A stretch of DNA of 64,000 nucleotides from Setoptus koraiensis (lineage: Eukaryota > Animalia > Arthropoda), in NCBI GenBank assembly GCA_048013815.1, contig CM106586.1, positions 3,472,001 through 3,536,000 of the forward strand, read 5' to 3'. The notes under the pieces are model-generated. The model saw only the letters and a program-made list of their open reading frames with translations. It searched no databases and was not told the origin of the DNA. Made by a program: the position numbers and the translations under genes. Positions 14,145 through 26,940 of this stretch are shown piece after piece (positions within the stretch are counted from its first letter, which is position 1; the number at the start of each line of letters is the position of its first letter).

Positions 14145-15763
14145 CGAATGACATTACGGCAGCATACTCGCAATGTTGGCGAGCTGCAGCTCGTTTGTTT
14201 TGCACACACGGCAACTGCCCAATCACTGCCTATTGGCCACAATCTGTTGAGCCAATGGGCCAATTGAACTCACAATTGGCAATTATGCTAATTAGCCCAA
14301 TTAATAAGCCTGATTAGCCAGTGCGCTTGGCGCCGACACTTGGCTACCGTTGAGTTGAGCTGTTACAGCGCGTGCCCGCTGTAACAGCAGTCGCTCACCT
14401 GTCCGCTGGCCCGTCAGCTGACAGTCAACAGCTGACAGTCAACAGCTGACAGTGCAGAATGAGAATGAGCGTAGGCTGTCGTTGTTGGCGTTGGGCTATT
14501 ATTGGCCCAGGTGAAGCGTGAGAATTGTAAACAAAGCTGAATAATAAATTGTGAATATTCATGTAATGAATTACCGTTTTGTTTGCCCAAAGTCAACTTG
14601 TTCCAGTCGCATGGTCGGTGCACACTTTCGCTGTCGGGCGCCACCGGCCGGCTTGTCTGTCGGCCGAGCCCCGAATGTCCGGCCGACAGTTTGAAGTGGC
14701 CGCTCGAGCGGCCGAAGAGCTGGCCAAACTCGATAGCTGACCAATTCCGAAAGAGGCTAACCAATTCAAAGAGCCGCGCCAACTTTTTATTTAATTTTGT
14801 ATTTAACTAAAGAGTGCAAACGCCGCAAACTGCGACCGTCGATTCGAGTTGGCAACCATATGACAATGGCGCAACTTTGATGCAGTGATACGGTGATGCG
14901 GCGATCACAATCATGTAACGGTGGTGCGGCCGGCGGCGCGGAAGTGAGCGGCGCCGGCGTGGGCGCACTTCCGCACTTCAAGCCCGAACGGCCCGAACGG
15001 TGATATATTGGCGTCTGGGCAAACAAGCCAAAACAGGGCTCTTGTGGCGGCCTGTGTGTAAACACTCGGCCGGCACTCGCTGACCGCTGCCCGTTCCCGA
15101 CCGCTAGCCACACTGACCTGGGCTGGGCACTGAGCTGCCCACACGGGCCACACCGAGCGCACACCGAGCGCACATCGGGTGCACACTGGCCGCACATTGA
15201 GCGAGCCGGCCGCTAACGACGCTCGCAAGCAAACAAATACCCTCTAGATAAACAAACCGACAGGCGAGCCAGCACAGGTGAGCCCGGCACAGGAAGTGGC
15301 CCAAAGTGTTGGCGCGCGATACTTGCACGTGGGCAATGCCGCTCTGTGCGCTCAGCCGCACGCGGCCGATCGAGCTAACGAGCTCGGGCGAGCATTTTCG
15401 AGTTTTTGGGTTTCGCATCTTGGAATTCGCGAACTGTCGAATCTCCAAACTGCGAACTGTCGAATCTCCGAACTGCGAATATTCGAATCTTTGAGCCGCG
15501 AATCGTACAATTGTCGAACTTTCGAATTGTTGGCGCTTTCTTCGCCGATTCGAAGTGAGTGGGAGGCCGCGGGCCGAGAGAATGCGGCCCGTCGGCAAGA
15601 TTGTGCGGCGGCCGAAGCGGCTGGAACTGGCCAATGTGGCCAGATATTGTCGCCGAGCGTCGAGCGCACAGAGCGCAAGTTCGCAAGTTCCCGTCGCAGC
15701 GCCCGATGGCAGCCGGCGCCGATTGTTTGTTTGTTATCATGCAAACAATCTCGCCTCGGCAAA

Positions 15764-15823
15764 CAGTGTCCAGTGCAGTGTCCAGTGCAGTGTCCAGTGC
15801 AGTGTCCAGCGCAGTGTCCAGCG
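15764..15823. repeat. 12-bp tandem repeat CAGTGTCCAGYG x5
   Basis: Read directly. Confidence 0.9.
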
Positions 15824-18014
15824 CAACGTCCGCCAGATATCAGCAGTTGGCATGAGCTGCTGGATATTTGGTCGGATTGTTCTCATGTCCGGCACTGGCG
15901 ACTCGCCACTCGCCACTCGTAACGGCAGTGCGCCCATTACAGGCGACCGACAGGTAACTTACAGGTAACTTACAGGTGACTGGCGGTGTGTGCAGCGGAC
16001 TGGGCCGACTGTGCTGCGGCCATTGCGCGATTGTACGATTGTACAATGGCGATCGCAGTGCCGATAGCGACAGCTCAATAGTGATAGCAGTGGCCCGACA
16101 TAACGGCGACACCGCCTGGCCGAGTCAGTCAGCTTGCGCTGAGCGTGTCTTGCATATGCCACACTGAACGATTGCGTCACAATTGTCAGCAATTGCGTCA
16201 CAGCAATTGCCAATACGAGCGGCTCACATGGCTCGCCATACGATCCTTGCCCAGTCATAGGAGCTGCTGTTGCGAGATGCCGAGACACCGAAAGGACAGT
16301 TTGTTGTTTGTCGGAGTTAGTGTTGCGCAAACAATAACTCCGGCGAAAAATTTGCCAATTTACAAAACTGTCCTTATGTTTTGTCGTGTTGTTGTGCCTT
16401 GCATTATGCCGTTATTTATTATTGTGTCGTTGTTAATGCGATCCGCTGATGGCGATCGATTCTCATTTTGGCCACTTTCATGCTGCAGTCGGCCGAGTGC
16501 CATTATAGTCCAAATATCCGTTCGGTGCGGCCGCCATTCGCACATTCGAACGTTCGCACATTCATATATTCGGACGTTCGAATGTTCGGACGTTCGAGAG
16601 TTCGAGTGGCGTCCGCAGGAACCACCGAACAGGCGATTCGGGCGAGGCGAAATTGTGCGGCGAGAATTTCGAGAATTTCGCCGCGGCCCGGCGACATTCC
16701 CAGATAGATTGCGTGCTGGCGACACACTCACATCTAACGGCAACATGGGCAGCGATCGCCATTGCCCACTCGAGTCAGGCAATGGCGCCATCATCGCCGG
16801 CAACAAGTGACCGGACAGTGACGGCCAGTGTGCGGACAGCAACCATCGGCCGACAATCGGAACTAGCACGCAATTGCAGTGTTTGCTGCCACGACAGGTG
16901 CACCACCGGACAACTGCAACACCGGACAACTGCACCACCGGACAACTGCAGCACACTCCTTCGGACACACACAACGGGCAACTGTGAGTCTCATAGTGCG
17001 AGAGTGAAAATGAGTACCTGTCCGCAGCTAATATTGGCCCATACATTAAAAATATTATGTAATATTATGTAATAACGTGGCTCAAGTCGAGCGAGTTTTC
17101 ATGTCAGCTGTTGCGTCAGTTATTGCGTCAGTTATTGTGTCAGTTATTGTGTCGGTCGTGTGGCCCAACCGTGGCCGACTGTCACAGCGGTGCGACTGTC
17201 TCTCGGCGCGAGAGTCTCGCGCTCGCCTGTCAAAAATAACAACAACAAACAATATTGACAGTACAGTCAGAGTGAGCTCGTGCCATCAGTGATCAGTGAT
17301 TAGCAATCAGTGATTGCATCACGGGATCATTGTGCTGTGTGGTGGTTGTGGCTGCTCGATTGTGACCGCTGCCACTGGCAAAATAACTGTTGAAATAAAA
17401 TTGTGATTGTTGGTGTCTGTTTGGTGTCTGTTAGGTATAAACGCCAAACAGCGTATTGCTGCATATTGGCGCATTTGGCCAGGTGAGCAGCCGGCACTCA
17501 CAGCGCTCGGCGAAAGTCCAATGACCATCCAGTGGCCGGCGATGATGGATGGCGCTGCCGTGACCCAGTTGCCGAGCATTGTGTTGGCCGCTATTGGATC
17601 GTTATCGGTTAGCAGTGACGAGCAGTCGGTCGATCGATTAAAAGCGGCTCAAACTATCAACTGGCCTCCACTATCAACAGTGCTGTCAGCGAAATCAAAT
17701 GTGCGCTAATAAACAAACACAACGACACAACAATAATTGATCATGCTCGTTGCGCAACAACTGACCACCGACCGGCGGCTTTGATCGATACGGCCAGCCA
17801 CTGACAACTGACAACTGACAACTTACAACTGTGAGCTGTGAGCTGGATGCGGCCAGCAGCTAAATATATCTCTGCTAACTCGACGACGACGACAACAACA
17901 ACGACATCAGACGGTATCAGACCGTCTGATGAGACACACACATATTAGACGGCCAGTAACGGTTCAATCTGACGCACAGGTGAAGTCTTAATTCGTTGGC
18001 GGCTGGTCGTCGTC

Positions 18015-18045
<31 letters not shown>

Positions 18046-21000
18046 TCGAGTCGTTGCCTTCATCAACCGCAACTGACGAATTGTCTCTGTCTTGAGAACG
18101 CACACAGCTGATTTTGAGTTTAAACGCACACCGCTGATTGTAAACAACACACAGCTGATTGCGAGCTGATTGCCAGCGCACAGGTGAGCACAGGTAAACA
18201 AACAAAGCAAGCAAGCAAACAAACACAAGTGAAACAAACGACTACCAACGAGCACTGACAATGTGAGCTGATTGCGGCCAGCCACTTTCTAACTTTCGAC
18301 ACAATGAGACGCTGCAAGCTGCCAACGGGCCCTAAACCTAAAACGACTCATCAGATGAGTTACAGTTATAGCAGCAGTTAGTTGCGTTCACCTTGCGACG
18401 AGCGACGCCACCAGTGACCAGGGTTCAACTAACTGAAACTGATACCGTTATAGTTTAAACCGGCCGCCGCCGCCGCCGTTTGTTTGTCTCTGCTCGCTTG
18501 CGGCCGCCCGAGCGGCCGTCGCAACTCGCAACTCGACACTGGCGACTGGCAACTGGCGACTCGAGACTGGCAACTGGCGACTGGCAAAGCTCAAAATGGT
18601 CTATTTAAGTCGGGCTAATAATATTCGCTGAGAAGGTCGTTTGCTCGCCGTCGTGGATCTCGTTGTCGGCGCCGTCGTTGCTCTTGTTGTTGTCGTTGGG
18701 AGCGGGCCGGCATTGGCCGACTGTCCGGCCGGATTGCGCTGTTTGGCCGCGCTCGGTGCAGTTAAATCTGAGATTGGGCTGCAAATTCGAGCGCAGTTTT
18801 AACCGCTCGCAAGCAGCAGTAATTACGTCAGAGCTAATTGTTTGTAATATTTCAATTGTGTCGCCGGACGCACAGTGGCGCCCGTTGCGCAACGGGCGCC
18901 ACTGTGCGCTCACTTTGACGCTCAGCCGTCACACGTCAGCTGAGCGCGACAGGTGACAAACAATGACTCTCTCTCTCTCTCGGTCCGTCTGTGCCGTATC
19001 TTCTTCGTCTTGCGATAGCATGTAAGGCACAGCAATAGCGTGCACCAATACAATACATATTATTATCGCCATTATTATTGCATGATTGATGTGCGCACAT
19101 GCAGTTTGTCGCGCACGGATGTCCACCCGTCAGCTGACTGTCATTCTGGCCAGCTGACTGTCATTCTGGCCGGCCGACTCTCAGGCCAGCCGACTGATAT
19201 TGACCAGCCGACTGTTATGGACCAGCTGACTGATTCCGGCAAGCCGATTGTGATGACCAGCGAGCGAGACAGGTTTGCCTTGACTAGCTCGGGCATGGCG
19301 CTGGCTGGCGCGCGATGACGCAATCGTACGTACGCAATGGCATTGTCGTCATTTTTCGCTCGCCGCTCGCTCGCCTGTCCGCTGACCAGTTGGCTCGCCT
19401 GTCCGCTGACCAGTTGGCTCGCTTGTGTGCGCGGTCGGTGGCGGTTTCATTGTTGTCGCTCTAATTACTGTGATTTACTCTCGCTCGCCGGCTGACGATG
19501 GCACTCGTTGCGACTTGTTGCGCAACGATGCGGCGCCCGTTGAACGCAGCGGGCGGAAGGGGGCGCTTTGTTTGGCGGCTGAATATTGTCGGCCAACATT
19601 GGTTAGTTGTGCTCACAAGTGCTACAGTTTTGTGCAGTTTGTCGCTGTGCAAAAACTTGTCACTGTAGGGCAATGTCGCCTACTAATGTCGCTAATGTTG
19701 CGTAATATCGCTTATCAATGTCGCTGTTGCGTAATATCGCTTATTAATGTCGCTGTTGGCCAAACTAAATTAGAACCTGCAAGCCAGCGCGTTAAATTAG
19801 AGCTAGTTGGCATGATGCAAACACCGGCCAGCATATGGCGAGCTATTGCGCAATATCATATAATGATAATATCATAATAATAATAATATAATAATAACAT
19901 CTGACGTGGTGGCCATCGTGCGATACAAACACACACACACACATTAACAACTACTTTGCATACTTTGCATACTGTGCGTATTGGCAATTTATAGCCGCTG
20001 CCTAGCGAGCTGTGCTACACACCTGCATATAACTACAAATTATATACATCACATTACATCACATTACGTCACATTACGTCATTTGTTGGTCGTGTCGGCT
20101 GGCAACAAGTGGCTCGCAAGCGAGAAGCGCGTCAGGTGAGCCGAGCGAGCGAGCGAGCGGCCAAAAGATGACAGCTCGAGAAGGGCTCAAATTGAATTTG
20201 CGGCTCGATCGCTGCTGATTTGTAGCGCTCGAGCAGGCAATCTTTGCTCTTTGTTGGTGGTCACCGGCACATGACTTGTCGTTGTTGTCGTTGTTGTCGT
20301 TGTTGTCGTTGTTGTCGTTGTTGCCGCTGTTGCCGCTGCTGTTCATCTCACATGGGCACCATTGGCATCGCGCACTCGATAATTCGCATAATGGCTCGCT
20401 GTTACATAATGCAAGTTTATGTTGCGGTTGTTGCAATTGGAAAGTGAACAACAGCAGCCACAAGATTGTTGTTGGCAATTGTCGCTCGCTCGCTCGCTCT
20501 ATCGAATCGGCGTGAGCCGGCAGACGGAGCGACAGAGTTCACTCACAACGCTCGCGAGTCACAAGCGAGACAGGTGAGCACAGGTAAAGTGATTACGGCA
20601 TTAATACGGCAGCGCATTGGTCGCCAATTGAGCGACAAGTGCGCATTGTTCTTCACTGCACCGACTCGTCAATGTAGCCGGCAAGCTAGCATAGCAAACT
20701 GTCAAGCCATACGTGCCACCTTTGCCACTGTCGCTGTTGTTGTGTGTCGCTGTTGTTGTGTGTCGCTGTTGTTGTGTGTCGCTGTTGTTGACTGTCGCTG
20801 TTTTTGACTGTCACTGTTGTGCCCACCAAACATATACACACTGTCAGAGATATTGTCGCATGTTGTGCGACTCACACTCGCACAACTGTTACGTAACCAG
20901 TGTGTGCGATACCCGACAATGCCCTCACCTGCGACTCACCTGCAACTCACCTGAGCAGCCGGCAGCTCGCCGTTTGTTGTCGGCACACACACAACAGTAG

Positions 21001-21808
21001 GCGAGCTGGGTGAGAGCGTCAGGTGACAAAAACGCCGTTACACAATGGTGTTGCTGGCCGAGTTGTTCCTGTCTTTTTCTCGCCGTTGTCGCTCGCTTGT
21101 TGTCGGGCGCGCTCGCTCGATGATTGCGCCGATCTCATTGCCAGAGATTCTCCAGTCTAGAGAAGCTGCTCGAAGCTCAAAAAGTGCCCCCGACTATCTC
21201 ATCTTTGTAGCCATGTTGAGGCGGGCGACATGCGATCGCGACGACGATCGGCGCCAGCATCCGCGCTCGTCGCAACACAACAATGCAACAATGATGATAA
21301 TCACCACGACGAGCCGTCTCTAACCATTAGAGTCTAACGGCATCTCGTACGGTGAGCCGTCTATGACGGCGAGCCAGCTACAACGGCCAGCCACTCGAAC
21401 GATGAGCCAGCTCCAACGATGAGCCACCTCAAACGATGAGCCACCGGTAATTATCCAGTTTATAATTTGCCGCAATCACAGCAGCGGCTCACGGCAGCAG
21501 CGCTGTTCGCTGGCAAGTGCCCACAGTCGCAGTTGTCGGCCCGCTCGCTGACAATTGTGAGCCCAATTAGCGCTGCATTGTGTCATATTGTGTTGGAGGG
21601 CGCCTAATTAGTGTGCCGTTACAATTACGATGATACGACCATGACAACAATGCAATTGCAATGTATATTGTGACAATATACTGACTACAATTCAACACCA
21701 CAATGCGTCGCTAACAAGCCTGCATTGTGAGTGTCAACTGACACTGCCGCCTCTCAACAGCGACACTCCAATCAGCTGACTGCCGGCCAGCCTTGGGTGC
21801 TCGCCGGC

Positions 21809-21850
21809 TGACAGGTGTCAAATTGACACCTGTCAAATTGACAGGTGTCA
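21809..21850. promoter_or_regulatory. Three TGACAGGTGTCA sites in alternating orientation (TALE-homeodomain dimer-type motif)
   Basis: TGACAGGTGTCA-AAT-TGACACCTGTCA-AAT-TGACAGGTGTCA at 21809, 21824 and 21839. A related TGACAGCTGTCA lies at 22289. Regulatory function is inferred. Confidence 0.5.
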
Positions 21851-24800
21851 ATTTGAATCAATTAAATGGTCATTTTTTATTTTTACGGTTGCTCGCCGCT
21901 CATCAATGATCAATGATTAATGATATCACAGTGTCATCGATTGTTGCACACATTTGCAATGACTGTGCGAGTCAAAACTGACTCACAACGAAGCCACCCA
22001 CCGGCCAGCTAGCGCCCCTAGCGAGCGATTACACAAAGACCAATGACTAACTATTGTTGTTTTTTCAAATCAGCGATCGATACGTTGCGTAATGATTGCT
22101 AATGGCAACAAGTTGCTACTGTCAGTTGCTGGCCATTGTTTGTCAGTTGTTGGCATTTGTTCATTAGCGGGCGCGCATGCTAACGAATCTGTCGCGTCTC
22201 ACAATTGTCACTGATCATACGCACCATGAGCATGATCGCCACAGCTGATCGCCACAGCTGATCGCCACAGCTGATCGATTTAGTAAACTGACAGCTGTCA
22301 TTTATCGCTCACAATTGTCAGATCGATGGGGATATTTGACTCATGTTCAACTGACCGGCTTGAGATTGGGCAAAGTGCTCGCTTGCCGGCGACAATTTTC
22401 CGTTGCTGGCTCGGCGGTGCCACCCAACGAGACCCAACGAGACCCAAAAGTGAAGTGCCGAATTGGAGCGAAAAATTGTTGTCAGAAAATTTGTGTGTGT
22501 TGGCGGGCAACGCGAGCGAGCAGCTTGCGAGCGCGCAACAACTTGTCAGAGTTTTGCCAGGCGCCTGGCGAAACTGTGAAAACAAGTCGCATTGAATTGA
22601 AATGCCGAGAGCTTGCCTTTGACTTGCTTTTGTGATAGGAAGAATCCGCTGATTGCACACACGGCCGAACGGGCGATCTGACCGAACGAAAATCTCGTCT
22701 CGGTGCACACAAACTAACATATTCATTATACATTGTAGTGCAAGTATACACGACAGATGAGACAGATTTCGTTTTAATATATAATATAATAGATCGCGCG
22801 CAAATGATGGATTGGTGGTTATATTTGAGCATGTTGGCGCTTGTTGTTTCATGGCTAAACGATTTGGTTAAACGTATATTGTTGTTGTGTGTTTGTTGGC
22901 TTGTTGTAGCGAGTTGCATTCACACACAGTGGCAATTTAATTATCATTATCTAACTCGGCGGCGGCGGCGGCGGCCCGTCTAACTGCTGTCCCATTGACA
23001 CCTCTGCTCGTTATTATTATTATTAATATCCAGTTGCGCTGTCGCCACTGTGCACGCTGTCACCTGTTGTTTTGGCTGCATGTGGCCGCCAGATTCTGGC
23101 CAGATCTGGCCGAGACGACAGGTGACAGTGAAAAGTTGGCTCTGCCAGCAGCTCGATCATTAGCCGGCATGCGGTAATCGTGCAGATAAGCGCGCAGATA
23201 AGCGCGGGCACGTGTGGGCTCGGGTTGTTGTTTGTGCTCGATGACACATGACAATGATAGCGCTGATACATTATCGAGCGAGTGGCGCTGTTGTCGCAAC
23301 AACAGCAGCGACAGCAACAACAGCAGCGACAGCAACAACAACGACAGCAACAACAACGACAGCAACAACAGCAGCAGCGACAGCAGCCGAGTAATAAATT
23401 AATTCGAGCAGTAACGAGACGGCAATTATTACTTGACCACCACGTTCCATCTGTCCTGGCTGGCTGGCTGGCTGCGCGAGCTAAAAGAGCCAAACAATGA
23501 CTTGATAACATCTTGTAATATGGCCGGCCGTAATAATTGCCTTGTTGCGCCCCTCGGCCGGCTCGAGCTCGCTGTCGGCCGGCCGGGCTCGCTGTCGCCG
23601 GCCGAGCTCGCTGTGGGTCGCTCAAACTGGCCAATTATCGCCCGTCGTCGCTCGGATGCGCGACGCGTTTGGCCCGACCATTGCGCTCGTTAACTTTTGT
23701 TGCGCTTATCAACTTGTGTTTTTTTTCCTATTTAGCATGTCGTGTTTATATGTTATATTTATATGTTATATTTATATGTTGTGTTTATATGCGGGCTTAG
23801 TAAATTCGACGGCCAATTTATACAGTGTCGCTCGGCGCATCAAGGTTGCGCCGAGCGGCTCAAGGCCGGGCCGGCCGCCCGGCTGGCCGGCCGGCTGCGG
23901 TCGTGGCGCCAATCGCGTTTCACAACAGCGACAAATGGGCAGCACATCGCTACAAAGCTATACAAAGCTGCCTATACAAAGCGACCGCTATAAGCTCGCC
24001 TGTAAAGCGTTGCTATAAAGCTGCACATCGGCAGCGCTCACCTGTCGTCGCGCTGGCCGCCGTCTCATCGCCAGCATTTGCACAGTGGCCCGTCGATGAT
24101 GCAATGGCGCCACCGGCCATACCTGTCGAACTGCGTGGAAGGGCGCCTCTACTCAGTGCTGTCAGTGTAGCGTACTCGCAAGTGTCAGCATACCAAACTC
24201 ACAAGTGTCAGCATGCCGAACTCACAAGTGTCAGCGGGCAGCCATAACGGACTGTTGTCAACAGTGTTACGACGGCGTACCTGTGCAAGGCTTACCTGTG
24301 TAGGGCACACAATTATGTCACGGTGTGTTACGTAACGGTGCGCACATGTGCAGGTGCCATGATAGCCGCCATGAGCATAGCGGCAAGCTCGGCACAAGCT
24401 GGCCACTGAGCGCATGATGGAGGCCGAACAGATGAGCCGTGACGGCCGGCACGGTGTGCCGTATGGTCGCTCACACACACGCTTGCCGTATTAATTAATT
24501 GAAACGTTATTGTTGTTGTTGTTTCGTAATTATATAAAATCAATGATAATAAATAAATCTCAGAAAATCTCGCCAGGCCCGGGCAGCGGCCACCACGACA
24601 GCGGCAAGTCGGCCAATTGTCGTAATTGACCGAGTTCAATCGTTTGTTTCAGCTTGAGCACACTCGGCAAGGTTAGCTCGGCAACAATGCCATGTGAATC
24701 TCGCCAGCCTGCCCATTGGGATACAGGCCGAAATACAATAACAACAGCCCGAAACATAATCGTATCAACAATATTTTCCAATAAAATTCCAGCGCGATAT

Positions 24801-25232
24801 TGTTCCAATCAATTGCGCCGAATTGCGGCCAGCTATCGGGCGAACGTTGCAGTGCCAGCATGAACGGAGAGCGTTCTTTTTTGATTAGCGGACCTTTTTT
24901 AATTATCGTTGTTGTCGTTGTTGTTGTTGTTGCTGCCGCCGCCGTGATTTGCGGGCCGATCGCTGGCAGACCGCAACGCGATGACCACACACCGCTCAAC
25001 TGGCCAGCTCGCTGGAACAATCGTGTTGCCGTTTCACGTGTACCGTACACGGTGTACGCCGTTTGTGTTTGTTGGTCGATTTGCTTCAATCAGTTTGGGC
25101 ATCGGGTCTCGGCCAACTTGTCGGCCACTCGCACAACATCGCAGCAATCCACCGGCTTGTGCCGATACAGTTATTGTTGGCGAGCCATAAACGGCCGAAC
25201 AATGGCGCTCATTGGTCGAGTCGTTCCTAAAA

Positions 25233-25457
25233 TTGACTCTGACACTCATCAGTATGTATCGCTTTTAGCGAAGCTATATTTATATTTTATATTTATATCC
25301 TTCTCGTCTGGCGAGCCTTGCACTGCAGGGCCGCCTTACAATGTGCGGCCGTACAGCTCGCGAGCGCTGTTAAAAGACAATCTTATCCAGCTCGCCTCAC
25401 GAGTCGGCCGGCTACGACTTGGAAAACTTGTTGCTCTCACTCGCTCTCTTACATGCG
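25233..25457. repeat. Copy B of a two-copy dispersed ~210-bp element
   Basis: Shares five ordered blocks with 39340-39542: TTGACTCTGACACTYATCARTATGTATCGCTTTTAG; AGCTATATTTATATCCTTCTYGTCTGGCGAGCCTT (with an extra AT-rich duplication in this copy); GCTCGCCTCACGAGTC; GGCCGGCTACGAC; AAAACTTGTTGCTC. Confidence 0.9.
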
Positions 25458-25579
25458 TGAACCATGTGTTGTCGACTTGAATCTGATATTACACGAATCT
25501 TTCCTAATAGGCCCCACAATATTGCAGAGTCTGTTAATATCAAGGGAAATGTTTCGGAAAATCTGGTTCGAAAGCGCCG

Positions 25580-26190
25580 TCATGGCACACAATCTACAAG
25601 CTCAGCTAGCCATGAACAACATTGCCGAGATGCGGCCGTGCATGCAAGACGGATGAACTTAGATTGAAATCAAATTCTGATCTGCACAAATTATAATTCG
25701 TTATAAGGCTTCATAAGGAGCGAAACATGCTTTTGACAATGAAAGAAGACGCTCATGTTCAAGAAACCGACAGGATTGACAAGCTGAAGGACCTGGTAAA
25801 AACGAATAAACAGTGGAAGTAAGATTTACATATACACTTTTTGATTAATTCCTCATCCTTGCTAGATATCAAAGGATACTTTCTGCTAGTCGAAATGAGT
25901 TTTAGTTGCTCGAGAACATCCTTCACTTTGACCAGCACTTTATGATGAAAAAATGCTGGTTGCACCAATGAGATGAATATCTATTCGCTTGCCAATATCT
26001 ATATATATTTAGTAGAGTTAGATGATGTGATTCGTGCATGTAAAACTTCTCTCGGGCCTCTAGCATCCATAGTTGATACATAGAATTGTATCAACTATGC
26101 ATTTTGTATTGCCATTCACACGTTGCATTTGTTTTGGTATGCTCACTAGAGATTTGTCAAAAATTGATGGCTACACTCTAATTGATAGCT
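25580..26190 (-). pseudogene. DHX38: Decayed fragment of a PRP16/DHX38-like DEAH-box splicing helicase (C-terminal HA2/OB-fold region)
   Basis: Minus-strand translation gives [37 protein letters not shown]. After a 1-nt shift in the A6 run at 25948-25953 it continues (F)[16 protein letters not shown]...IKKCICKSYFH. PSIF lies upstream (26170-26159) and WLAEL downstream (25612-25598). These match the PRP16 motifs REKF..ESDHLT.LN.Y..W....YS..WCN.HF.H.K...KV.EV..QL and RKCIC.AYFH...WLAELGP. Stops and frameshifts occur between the blocks. Confidence 0.75.
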
Positions 26191-26313
26191 GTCTGTCAAG
26201 CCTTAGGCACACTATTCAATGGTTACAACATGCTACCATATTCGTTCTAATTGAAAACTTTAATCGGGATTCTCGCACAGATAAAGTTAAATTCAACAAT
26301 AATTGACACTTAC

Positions 26314-26659
26314 CGCAAAATGGGATTCCGATGGGCGACCAGGTACCATTGGACTGGCATATTCTTTTGGGTGGCCCCAACAGCTCGTAGCCGTTGTCGC
26401 AAGTGTAAGTGGCCGCCGTGCCGCTGACTATTTGCGCCGAGCTGAAGGTGACACTGGCGTGCGCAGGCGATCCCGGGTACCCGCAAGTGCCCAACGTTTG
26501 GGCCGCTGCGGTTGCCAAGTTGTTGTTGTTTGTTGCGATTACTGACTGCTGGAGGGCCACCACTGCGTTGCCCACTTGATAGGCCATCGCCTGTTGCAGT
26601 GCAGCCGCCAGCCAGAGTGACAGGCTGACCAGCAGGCAGTTGGTTGGACGTTGTCGCAT
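26314..26659 (-). CDS. First coding exon of a secreted/cell-surface sushi (CCP) domain protein, resembling the Drosophila CG9095/furrowed-type CCP-FTP-C-type lectin proteins; remaining exons not found in the window
   Basis: ATG at 26659 followed by a signal-peptide-like MRQRPTNCLLVSLSLWLAAALQQAMA and a complete CCP module (CGYPGSPAHASVTF...ATYTCDNGYELLGPPKRICQSNGTWSPIGIPFC). It ends at a consensus phase-1 donor, TGC G|GTAAGT (intron starts at 26313). The family assignment rests on recalled similarity to CGHPGSPAH...GIPFCVLNVAAGK-type N-termini. Confidence 0.8.
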
Positions 26660-26699
26660 TAGGTGCTTCTTGGGGCCTCTTCTCTCGCAGCGGCCAGTG

Positions 26700-26940
26700 T
26701 TGCTGTTGCTGTTTTTGCTGTTGTTGTTGTTTTTGTCGTTCTTGTTATTCTTGTTGTTGTTGTTGTTGTTGTTGCTGCTGATGTTGATGTTGTTGTTGGT
26801 GATGTTGTTGTTGCTGCTTTTGATGTTGCTGATGTTGTTGCTGGCGCTGAATTTGTTCTTGTTGTTGTTGCTGTTGTTGCTGTCGTTGCTGTTGTTGTTG
26901 TTGTTGTTGTCGTTGTTGTTGTCGTTCTTGCTGCTGTTGC
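26700..26940. repeat. ~240-bp imperfect (TTG/CTG)n trinucleotide tract immediately upstream of the sushi-gene ATG (CAA/CAG on the sense strand)
   Basis: Read directly; it accounts for the poly-L and poly-V ORFs at 26640 and 26663. Confidence 0.95.

Noticed and set aside
21340-21450. Degenerate ~18-bp repeats (ACGATGAGCCA core) and the 25-bp array at 58759 as CRISPR-like arrays
   Set aside because: Head-to-tail units without unique spacers, no cas genes, and a eukaryotic context.
958-24045. Minus-strand CAG|GTGAG sites as recursive splice (ratchet) points of the giant intron
   Set aside because: The site I checked in detail (958) lacks an upstream polypyrimidine tract, none was obvious at the others, and more copies lie on the antisense strand. 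Not excluded without RNA-seq.
25318-25667. Plus-strand ORFs with BEL/Pao RT-like (FLIGPTILQSL) and TBC-like (LESDITRIFP) snippets
   Set aside because: Only short motif resemblances with no continuation. The adjacent island is better explained by the minus-strand PRP16 relic, and the apparent GTAAG donor at 25819 is the antisense of its SYFH codons.
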